From the NCBI RefSeq assembly GCF_009931435.1, contig NZ_CP043414.1: 64,000 nt of DNA; one strand, written 5' to 3'. This document shows, piece after piece, positions 26,087 through 33,831 of this stretch. The notes beneath the pieces were generated by a model. It did not search any database. It was not told where the DNA came from and saw nothing but the letters and a program-made list of their open reading frames with translations. The position numbers were made by a program, and so were the translations under genes. The number at the start of each line of letters is the position of its first letter. The first letter of the stretch is position 1. This DNA is from Escherichia coli (GTDB lineage Bacteria; Pseudomonadota; Gammaproteobacteria; Enterobacterales; Enterobacteriaceae).

Positions 26087-26592
26087 AAAACTCCTGCATG
26101 GCGCAAGTTAATCACCCGCGGCCAAAGTTCGAAATAACGCTGCTCTGAAAGCCAGGCGTCAGGATAAAGCGCCATATAGTGTTTGATACGCATCAGCGGC
26201 GCAAGAAGCGGTTGCTCGCCACGGCGATAACTGTCGATAAGCGCCGCCAGCTGCTGGCGTTCTGTGGAATCAATATGTGGGCGAAAATAACCCTGAACGT
26301 GCATCAAAACGTTGGTGTGATCGCGCGGGTTGGCGGGATGAGAAAGCAAAACAATTACGCGTTGGCGGTACTGGTTGTAATAGTCACCCAGATTTTGCCA
26401 CTGGTGAATATCAGCCACAAACGGGCCAAGTTTGCGGTATTCCGGCTGGGAATGAGCCAGAAAGACGAGTTTATAGCGGCTGTGATAATCGAGAAGCGCC
26501 CCGCGCGTTAAGCCTCGCTCTTTAAGACGGTGTAACTCATGCAAAGCAAAAATGCGGATAAGGGTGCTGTCATCAAAAAGTTGTTGATTCAT
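26083..26592 (-). CDS. ybgA: DUF1722-family protein cotranscribed with phr
   Basis: 169-aa ORF MNQQLFDDSTLIRIFALHELHRLKERG, stop overlaps phr start. Confidence 0.9.
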   Translation of the reverse strand: MNQQLFDDSTLIRIFALHELHRLKERGLTRGALLDYHSRYKLVFLAHSQPEYRKLGPFVADIHQWQNLGDYYNQYRQRVIVLLSHPANPRDHTNVLMHVQGYFRPHIDSTERQQLAALIDSYRRGEQPLLAPLMRIKHYMALYPDAWLSEQRYFELWPRVINLRHAGVL

Positions 26593-26676
26593 TACTACTC
26601 CTGGGCGGTTTACAGGAGTAAGTGTAGACGGCGGTACTGAAAAAACGAAACGAATAAATGATAACAGTAAAAAAAT

Positions 26677-27126
26677 TCAATTATTCATAATAAATTTCAT
26701 GGTGGCAAGAAATAGTTTCTTTTCTTCATCACTCATGGCAGCAACGTTTAACATGTTGTCATCAAAATTATTGATGATATTTTTTAATTTCAGTAACTGC
26801 AAAGGAGAAAAATAGTCACTCCCGATGAGATTACTCAATACCAGCAATAGCTCCCCATCATATAAATAGCCCACCATAAGATTAATCTCTATCATCTCAA
26901 TTGCTTTTTGTACAGCAAGCGCCGGTAAGATATTCTGACGAAGCATTTTGGCAATATCATTTTCATCCAGTTCATCGGGTGTTTTATCTAATAAAGAATT
27001 ATACCAGTTTATTAAACCACTTTTGAAAGCGAACGAATCATATTGCAGGTGATAAATCTGTTTTAGGGTTTCTTTATTTTTCAATTTATAGTGCCTTTGT
27101 TTGCTATAATTTTTCTGAAATAACAT
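26677..27126 (-). CDS. hypothetical protein, 149 aa, AT-rich, predicted helical; immunity-protein-like by context
   Basis: ORF with ATG overlapping the stop of the upstream gene (TGATG); strongly AT-rich codon usage unlike flanking core genes. Confidence 0.6.
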   Translation of the reverse strand: MLFQKNYSKQRHYKLKNKETLKQIYHLQYDSFAFKSGLINWYNSLLDKTPDELDENDIAKMLRQNILPALAVQKAIEMIEINLMVGYLYDGELLLVLSNLIGSDYFSPLQLLKLKNIINNFDDNMLNVAAMSDEEKKLFLATMKFIMNN

Positions 27127-27593
27127 CAGCGAGTTTGCTCAGGTGCAGGGATGACCGAAATTGTCATGTATTTTTTCAGTCTGGCTTCTCGTTTCACACC
27201 TTTCGGATCTGAACCAAAAGGAAGCGTCAAGCATGGTGAGTCAACGGTTTGGATTGTCCAGAGAGAATCACCAATGAATCTGAAATTGATGCTATCCGCT
27301 GTAACGGATAATCCCTCAAAACTTCCCGTCGCATACTCATTACCCAAACGTACGGTCTCTTTAACTCCATCATTAACATCGATAAGGACAATTGTCAGTG
27401 ATTCCTCAAAAATAACGTCATCCGTCAGAAAAAGGATATAACGCTGGTCATTAACCTGAATTGCCGCTTCCAGTATTTGCCCTGGTACAATAATACCTGT
27501 GTTATTGCCATTGAGCACAACGTCAGACTGAGCCTGAGATAAATCAGTCGCTTTGTGAACCTTGACCAACGATATCGAATTAACCTGTTGCAT
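27126..27593 (-). CDS. hypothetical protein, 155 aa (start at MQQVNSISLVKVHKATD; the 186-aa track ORF is probably over-extended)
   Basis: ATG at 27593 two nt downstream of the stop of the glycine-zipper ORF; first 31 codons of the track ORF overlap that ORF in another frame. Confidence 0.6.
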   Translation of the reverse strand: MQQVNSISLVKVHKATDLSQAQSDVVLNGNNTGIIVPGQILEAAIQVNDQRYILFLTDDVIFEESLTIVLIDVNDGVKETVRLGNEYATGSFEGLSVTADSINFRFIGDSLWTIQTVDSPCLTLPFGSDPKGVKREARLKKYMTISVIPAPEQTR

Positions 27594-27595
27594 AA

Positions 27596-27736
27596 TCAAT
27601 TCCACAAGCGCCCCATTTCCCATGCGGCAAGTGCACCGCCGACAAAGCCGCCAATAAGTACGCAAACAGGTGCACCTGGACCACACACCAATCCTGCCAT
27701 CGCGCCGCCTGCGACAGCTCCGGCAATAATATTCAT
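27596..27736 (-). CDS. small glycine-zipper membrane peptide, 46 aa (MNIIAGAVAGGAMAGLVCGPGAPVCVLIGGFVGGALAAWEMGRLWN); candidate small toxin or C-terminal remnant of a polymorphic toxin
   Basis: translated by hand from the minus strand; repeated GxxxG/AxxxG motifs, two hydrophobic segments; weak Shine-Dalgarno; open frame continues 35 codons upstream to a TAG at 27842-27844 without a start codon. Confidence 0.4.
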   Translation of the reverse strand: MNIIAGAVAGGAMAGLVCGPGAPVCVLIGGFVGGALAAWEMGRLWN

Positions 27737-27919
27737 CCGGGTACGACTGCCAGTGGTTTTAACAGATTTGCGCTCACCGTTACGTATCCTGCCACCACTC
27801 AGGTTGCAGACGCGGCAGTCACAGCCTTGACGGTGTTGAAACTAAAGTTCAGGTGATAGTCTGATGTTCATAGTTTGAGCATTATCCCCTGACAGAATCA
27901 AATCAAGCAGTGTCAATGA

Positions 27920-28177
27920 TCACGTGTATATATCATTTAAAGCATTATCAAGCCAATCTTCCATGTTTTTAATTTTAGCCCGCGCATATAAATCATTCAT
28001 AACATCCTCATAACTCTGTCCATCATTGACCATACAATTAGCTGTATGAGGCAGAACATGTATAAAATCAGACAATATAAAACAAGCCTTTGAATTTCCA
28101 GAGTTAGCTGCAATTCTGATATCAATCAATCCTCTGGCAATCAATTTAAGAATAACATCTTGCATTTTAATTTCCAT
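27920..28177 (-). CDS. hypothetical protein, 85 aa, AT-rich
   Basis: ORF MEIKMQDVILKLIARGLIDIRIAANSGNSKACFILSDF downstream of the SUKH-like gene on the same strand. Confidence 0.45.
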   Translation of the reverse strand: MEIKMQDVILKLIARGLIDIRIAANSGNSKACFILSDFIHVLPHTANCMVNDGQSYEDVMNDLYARAKIKNMEDWLDNALNDIYT

Positions 28178-28259
28178 ATCATTCAGTTAAATTTCAGTAG
28201 TAAATCGTCTATCAAAAAAAGATGAAATTAACATTCATAAATTTATTACAATATGAAAA

Positions 28260-28613
28260 TCAAAAATATACATCATCAGCTTCTACCGAAAACTCCATGG
28301 CTCCTAAGGCACCTAAATCAATACTAAATATAGTATCACTTTCCTTAGCACTCCCAACATAGATAAAATAGCCTAAATCTCCGTCTTGACCTATCAAAAA
28401 ATAGTCAGGTTCCACTTGTTGAATATCATATGTTTCATTTCTTTCAATAAGATCAGAATAGTTATATAAATATAATGTTTCGTGCTTCTTATTAGTTATT
28501 TCATAGGTCTCACTATCTTTAATTTCTTCTATCAAAAAACGTTTATACACTGGAGGAAACTTGATTGACATGTCAAATTCAATTTTATTTATATATTCTA
28601 TAATTTTATTCAT
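28260..28613 (-). CDS. SMI1/KNR4 (SUKH)-like immunity-type protein, 117 aa
   Basis: motifs FPPVYKRFL and FLIGQDGDLGYFIYVG...IFSIDLG resemble the SUKH superfamily pattern; assignment by eye, not by search. Confidence 0.55.
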   Translation of the reverse strand: MNKIIEYINKIEFDMSIKFPPVYKRFLIEEIKDSETYEITNKKHETLYLYNYSDLIERNETYDIQQVEPDYFLIGQDGDLGYFIYVGSAKESDTIFSIDLGALGAMEFSVEADDVYF

Positions 28614-28848
28614 GTTAAGAATACCTGAAAGATTATTTATTGATTATCTTGATGAATATATCTTCACTTTTTATTTTCATTTACTCATCGCGGAAATACA
28701 CATTGCCTTGTAGACAAGCGCTAATAATACGTTATGAACCTGACTTCCGCCAGACAATCAATCAATGAATTCATTACGCCGTAGTGTTTTAGAAAGACAC
28801 TTTCTGACCAGATGGTGAACCATATACTACATCGCGCATTATAAAAAA

Positions 28849-28872
28849 ACCGCCAGCGTTTCCACTAGCGGT
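28849..28872 (-). terminator. intrinsic terminator downstream of ybfA
   Basis: imperfect hairpin accgccag-cgtttcca-ctagcggt with a U-run on the minus strand (plus-strand aaaaaaa at 28843-28849). Confidence 0.5.
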
Positions 28873-28897
28873 TTTCAATGTTTTCAAAACTCAGCAA

Positions 28898-29104
28898 TCA
28901 GTAAAAATCACCGGTTGCCTTTTCGGCCTGATCCATCCACACCGGTTTATCGCTGGTTTTCGACCAGACGCGGTGCAGGTAGCTGTAAAAGCGGGCGCGG
29001 TCTTTCCAGAAAAGCATGAAAGGCAGCGCCAGAACGCCCGCTGCAACCGCATAAGTACGGCGTAAAAAGATAAGCCATGCAGGATATTCTCTGTAAAGTT
29101 CCAT
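28898..29104 (-). CDS. ybfA: DUF2517-family small protein
   Basis: 68-aa [71 protein letters not shown]. Confidence 0.9.
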
Positions 29105-29416
29105 ACTTTTCTCCCCCTTTTGTATCTACCCGGTGAATGGCACCGGAAAAATGAATTTGTTTATCTGATGAAAATAGTACCGCCTTTTGTGTAATTTTAC
29201 TACTCATCCGACCACTTATTTTTGCTTATTGATGGTTTATTTACATTCATCCCGTAATTAAGTTACATAAAAGTTAAATTAATACTAAACATTAGTTAAA
29301 TCATGGCTTTTGCCATTTTTATACTTTTTTTACACCCCGTCCGCAGATTTTTGCGAAATCTTTGCAGCCAGAATTCTACCCTTCCGGTATCACTTTTAGG
29401 CCACTGGAGGTGCACT
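29105..29416 (+). promoter_or_regulatory. kdpFABC promoter region (KdpE-dependent)
   Basis: AT-rich spacer upstream of kdpF; function from established knowledge, binding site not mapped. Confidence 0.5.
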
Positions 29417-29506
29417 GTGAGTGCAGGCGTGATAACCGGCGTATTGCTGGTGTTTTTATTACTGGGTTATCTGGTTTATGCCCTGATCAATGCGGAGGCG
29501 TTCTGA
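29417..29506 (+). CDS. kdpF: K+-transporting ATPase small subunit F (29 aa, GTG start)
   Basis: GTG-initiated [29 protein letters not shown]; stop overlaps kdpA ATG (TGATG). Confidence 0.85.
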
Positions 29507-31179
29507 TGGCTGCGCAAGGGTTCTTACTGATTGCCACGTTTTTACTGGTGTTAATGGTGCTGGCGCGCCCTTTGGGCAGTGGGCTGGCGCGGCTGATTAA
29601 TGATATTCCTCTTCCTGGTACGACGGGCGTTGAGCGCGTACTCTTTCGTGTACTCGGCGTGTCTGACCGTGAGATGAACTGGAAGCAATATCTCTGTGCC
29701 ATTCTCGGCCTGAATATGCTGGGGCTGGCAGTGCTGTTTTTTATGTTACTCGGTCAGCACTATCTGCCGCTTAATCCGCAACAACTGCCGGGGCTGTCGT
29801 GGGATCTGGCGCTGAATACTGCCGTCAGCTTTGTCACCAATACCAACTGGCAATCTTATAGCGGTGAAACCACGTTGAGCTATTTCAGCCAGATGGCGGG
29901 CTTAACGGTACAAAACTTTCTTTCTGCCGCCAGCGGGATTGCGGTGATTTTTGCCCTCATCCGCGCGTTTACCCGCCAGAGCATGAGCACACTCGGCAAT
30001 GCCTGGGTCGATCTGCTACGCATCACGTTATGGGTGCTAGTCCCTGTGGCGTTGTTGATCGCACTGTTTTTTATTCAACAAGGTGCGCTGCAAAACTTTC
30101 TGCCCTATCAGGCGGTGAATACCGTTGAAGGAGCGCAACAGCTGTTACCCATGGGGCCTGTAGCTTCTCAGGAAGCGATCAAGATGCTCGGTACTAACGG
30201 CGGTGGCTTCTTTAATGCCAACTCGTCGCATCCGTTTGAAAACCCAACCGCACTGACCAACTTCGTGCAGATGCTGGCGATCTTCTTGATCCCAACAGCG
30301 CTGTGCTTTGCCTTTGGTGAAGTGGCAGGCGATCGCCGCCAGGGGCGCATGTTGCTGTGGGCGATGTCGGTGATTTTTGTCATCTGCGTAGGCGTGGTGA
30401 TGTGGGCAGAAGTTCAGGGTAATCCTCATCTGCTGACGCTGGGTGCGGACAGCAGCATCAATATGGAAGGTAAAGAAAGCCGTTTCGGCGTGCTGGTCAG
30501 TAGCCTGTTTGCGGTCGTGACTACGGCGGCTTCCTGTGGCGCGGTGATTGCGATGCATGATTCGTTTACCGCTCTCGGTGGCATGGTGCCGATGTGGCTG
30601 ATGCAAATTGGTGAAGTGGTATTCGGCGGTGTCGGTTCTGGTCTTTACGGCATGATGCTGTTTGTTCTGCTGGCGGTATTTATTGCCGGGCTGATGATTG
30701 GTCGTACGCCGGAATATCTGGGTAAAAAAATCGACGTACGCGAGATGAAACTGACCGCACTGGCGATTCTGGTCACCCCAACGCTGGTACTGATGGGCGC
30801 AGCACTGGCGATGATGACCGACGCCGGACGTAGCGCCATGCTCAATCCTGGCCCGCATGGTTTTAGCGAAGTGCTGTACGCCGTGTCGTCCGCCGCTAAC
30901 AACAACGGCAGCGCCTTTGCCGGATTAAGCGCCAACTCTCCGTTCTGGAACTGTTTACTGGCGTTCTGCATGTTTGTCGGTCGCTTCGGGGTGATTATCC
31001 CGGTGATGGCAATTGCCGGTTCGCTGGTGAGTAAAAAGAGCCAACCCGCCAGCTCCGGCACGCTGCCAACGCACGGCCCGCTGTTTGTAGGCCTGTTAAT
31101 CGGCACCGTGTTGCTGGTTGGCGCACTGACCTTTATCCCTGCCCTGGCGCTTGGTCCGGTGGCGGAATATCTCTCCTGA
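29506..31179 (+). CDS. kdpA: K+-transporting ATPase subunit A
   Basis: 557-aa product [33 protein letters not shown] within ORF 29362..31179. Confidence 0.97.
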   Translation: MAAQGFLLIATFLLVLMVLARPLGSGLARLINDIPLPGTTGVERVLFRVLGVSDREMNWKQYLCAILGLNMLGLAVLFFMLLGQHYLPLNPQQLPGLSWDLALNTAVSFVTNTNWQSYSGETTLSYFSQMAGLTVQNFLSAASGIAVIFALIRAFTRQSMSTLGNAWVDLLRITLWVLVPVALLIALFFIQQGALQNFLPYQAVNTVEGAQQLLPMGPVASQEAIKMLGTNGGGFFNANSSHPFENPTALTNFVQMLAIFLIPTALCFAFGEVAGDRRQGRMLLWAMSVIFVICVGVVMWAEVQGNPHLLTLGADSSINMEGKESRFGVLVSSLFAVVTTAASCGAVIAMHDSFTALGGMVPMWLMQIGEVVFGGVGSGLYGMMLFVLLAVFIAGLMIGRTPEYLGKKIDVREMKLTALAILVTPTLVLMGAALAMMTDAGRSAMLNPGPHGFSEVLYAVSSAANNNGSAFAGLSANSPFWNCLLAFCMFVGRFGVIIPVMAIAGSLVSKKSQPASSGTLPTHGPLFVGLLIGTVLLVGALTFIPALALGPVAEYLS

Positions 31180-31201
31180 TGATATTGAGTGAGCACTGAA
31201 T

Positions 31202-33250
31202 ATGAGTCGTAAACAACTGGCGCTATTCGAACCAACACTTGTCGTTCAGGCGCTGAAAGAAGCGGTGAAAAAATTAAACCCGCAGGCGCAATGGCGTAAT
31301 CCAGTGATGTTTATCGTCTGGATCGGCAGTCTGTTAACCACCTTTATTAGCATTGCAATGGCAAGCGGCGCGATGCCTGGCAATGCGCTGTTTGGCGCGG
31401 CAATTAGCGCATGGCTGTGGGTCACCGTACTGTTCGCTAATTTCGCCGAGGCGCTGGCAGAAGGCCGCAGTAAAGCGCAGGCTAATAGTCTGAAAGGAGT
31501 GAAAAAAACCGCCTTTGCCCGCAAACTGCGCGAACCGAAATATGGCGCTGCGACAGACAAAGCTCCTGCCGATCAGCTGCGTAAAGGCGATATCGTGCTG
31601 GTAGAAGCGGGCGATATTATCCCCTGCGATGGCGAAGTCATTGAAGGGGGCGCATCGGTCGATGAAAGCGCCATCACCGGGGAATCGGCACCGGTGATCC
31701 GTGAATCCGGCGGCGATTTTGCCTCCGTCACCGGCGGCACGCGTATTCTTTCTGACTGGCTGGTGATTGAGTGTAGCGTTAACCCCGGCGAGACATTTCT
31801 GGATCGGATGATCGCGATGGTGGAAGGCGCGCAGCGACGTAAAACGCCGAACGAGATTGCCCTGACCATTCTGCTGATTGCCCTGACTATCGTCTTTTTA
31901 CTGGCAACCGCCACGCTGTGGCCGTTTTCCGCGTGGGGCGGTAATGCAGTCAGTGTAACGGTACTGGTGGCGCTGCTGGTCTGTCTGATTCCAACCACCA
32001 TCGGTGGCCTGTTGTCAGCGATCGGCGTCGCCGGGATGAGTCGGATGCTGGGCGCGAATGTGATTGCCACCAGCGGGCGTGCAGTTGAAGCGGCGGGCGA
32101 CGTGGACGTCCTGCTGCTGGATAAAACCGGTACCATCACCCTCGGTAACCGTCAGGCATCAGAGTTTATCCCTGCGCAGGGCGTAGAGGAAAAAACGCTG
32201 GCCGACGCAGCACAACTGGCTTCGCTGGCCGACGAAACGCCGGAAGGCCGCAGTATTGTGATCCTCGCCAAGCAGCGTTTTAACCTGCGCGAGCGCGATG
32301 TGCAGTCGCTTCACGCCACTTTTGTACCGTTTACTGCGCAAAGTCGAATGAGCGGGATCAATATCGACAACCGTATGATCCGTAAAGGTTCTGTCGATGC
32401 CATTCGCCGCCATATTGAAGCTAACGGTGGTCACTTCCCTGCCGATGTCGATCAAAAAGTCGATCAGGTTGCGCGTCAGGGGGCCACGCCTCTGGTAGTG
32501 GTGGAAGATTCCCGCGTGCTGGGCGTTATTGCGCTGAAAGATATCGTCAAAGGCGGCATTAAAGAGCGCTTCGCCCAGCTGCGCCAAATGGGCATAAAAA
32601 CGGTGATGATTACTGGCGATAACCGTCTGACTGCCGCCGCCATTGCCGCGGAAGCGGGCGTCGATGATTTTCTCGCTGAAGCGACACCGGAGGCCAAGCT
32701 GGCATTGATCCGTCAGTATCAGGCGGAAGGCCGTTTGGTGGCGATGACCGGCGACGGCACCAACGATGCTCCGGCGCTGGCGCAGGCAGATGTCGCGGTA
32801 GCGATGAACTCCGGTACTCAGGCGGCGAAAGAAGCGGGCAATATGGTGGATCTCGACTCTAACCCGACCAAGTTGATCGAGGTGGTGCATATTGGCAAAC
32901 AGATGCTGATGACCCGTGGCTCGCTGACCACCTTCAGCATTGCCAACGATGTGGCGAAATACTTCGCCATTATTCCGGCGGCGTTCGCGGCAACGTATCC
33001 GCAGTTAAATGCGCTGAACATCATGCGCCTGCATTCGCCCGACTCCGCCATTCTCAGTGCGGTCATTTTCAACGCCTTGATTATCGTCTTTTTGATTCCC
33101 CTGGCGTTAAAAGGCGTGAGTTATAAACCGCTTACCGCTTCTGCCATGTTGCGCCGTAACTTATGGATTTACGGTCTGGGTGGGCTGCTGGTGCCGTTTA
33201 TTGGTATCAAAGTCATTGATTTACTGCTGACCGTTTGCGGTCTGGTGTGA
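31202..33250 (+). CDS. kdpB: K+-transporting P-type ATPase subunit B
   Basis: 682-aa ORF with DKTGT phosphorylation motif ([12 protein letters not shown]). Confidence 0.97.
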   Translation: MSRKQLALFEPTLVVQALKEAVKKLNPQAQWRNPVMFIVWIGSLLTTFISIAMASGAMPGNALFGAAISAWLWVTVLFANFAEALAEGRSKAQANSLKGVKKTAFARKLREPKYGAATDKAPADQLRKGDIVLVEAGDIIPCDGEVIEGGASVDESAITGESAPVIRESGGDFASVTGGTRILSDWLVIECSVNPGETFLDRMIAMVEGAQRRKTPNEIALTILLIALTIVFLLATATLWPFSAWGGNAVSVTVLVALLVCLIPTTIGGLLSAIGVAGMSRMLGANVIATSGRAVEAAGDVDVLLLDKTGTITLGNRQASEFIPAQGVEEKTLADAAQLASLADETPEGRSIVILAKQRFNLRERDVQSLHATFVPFTAQSRMSGINIDNRMIRKGSVDAIRRHIEANGGHFPADVDQKVDQVARQGATPLVVVEDSRVLGVIALKDIVKGGIKERFAQLRQMGIKTVMITGDNRLTAAAIAAEAGVDDFLAEATPEAKLALIRQYQAEGRLVAMTGDGTNDAPALAQADVAVAMNSGTQAAKEAGNMVDLDSNPTKLIEVVHIGKQMLMTRGSLTTFSIANDVAKYFAIIPAAFAATYPQLNALNIMRLHSPDSAILSAVIFNALIIVFLIPLALKGVSYKPLTASAMLRRNLWIYGLGGLLVPFIGIKVIDLLLTVCGLV

Positions 33251-33258
33251 GGTTTACC

Positions 33259-33831
33259 ATGCGTGGATTACGTCCGGCATTATCAACATTTCTCTTTTTG
33301 TTACTGATTACTGGCGGTGTTTACCCGCTGCTGACCACCGCGCTGGGGCAATGGTGGTTTCCCTGGCAGGCCAATGGTTCGTTGATTCGCGAAGGTGATA
33401 CGGTGCGCGGCTCGGCATTAATCGGGCAGAATTTTACCGGCAACGGCTATTTTCATGGTCGCCCGTCGGCAACGACAGAAATGCCCTATAATCCACAGGC
33501 TTCTGGCGGGAGCAATCTGGCGGTCAGTAACCCTGAGCTGGATAAACAAATCGCTGCACGCGTTGCCGTATTACGGGCTGCTAACCCGGATGCCAGCACG
33601 AACGTTCCGGTTGAACTGGTGACGGCGTCGGCAAGCGGGCTGGACAATAATATTACCCCGCAAGCGGCGGTCTGGCAGATTCCTCGCGTGGCGAAAGCGC
33701 GTAATCTCAGCGTTGAACAGCTCACGCAGCTGATCGCAAAATACAGCCAACAACCGCTGGTGAAATATATCGGCCAGCCGGTCGTCAACATTGTCGAACT
33801 CAATCTGGCGCTGGATAAGCTTGATGAATAA
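33259..33831 (+). CDS. kdpC: K+-transporting ATPase subunit C
   Basis: start taken at [25 protein letters not shown] (190 aa) within ORF 33235..33831. Confidence 0.93.
   Translation: MRGLRPALSTFLFLLLITGGVYPLLTTALGQWWFPWQANGSLIREGDTVRGSALIGQNFTGNGYFHGRPSATTEMPYNPQASGGSNLAVSNPELDKQIAARVAVLRAANPDASTNVPVELVTASASGLDNNITPQAAVWQIPRVAKARNLSVEQLTQLIAKYSQQPLVKYIGQPVVNIVELNLALDKLDE

Noticed and set aside
27126-27686. 186-aa ORF as called by the track
   Set aside because: Kept only from the internal Met (27593); the upstream 31 codons are the off-frame reading of the glycine-zipper ORF (Cys/Arg-rich) and are unlikely to be translated.
27555-27830. 91-aa plus-strand ORF
   Set aside because: Pro/Ala-rich antisense reading of the glycine-rich minus-strand ORF; artefact of GGN/GCN codon complementarity.
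28947-29207. 86-aa minus-strand ORF overlapping ybfA
   Set aside because: Alternative frame over the recognised ybfA gene; ybfA's frame matches the known 68-aa protein.
30145-31238. 237-aa and 197-aa minus-strand ORFs
   Set aside because: Both antisense inside kdpA; His/Arg-rich, no ribosome-binding site.
31573-32890. 188-aa and 243-aa minus-strand ORFs
   Set aside because: Antisense inside kdpB; Ser/Thr/Ala/Arg-rich low-complexity translations.
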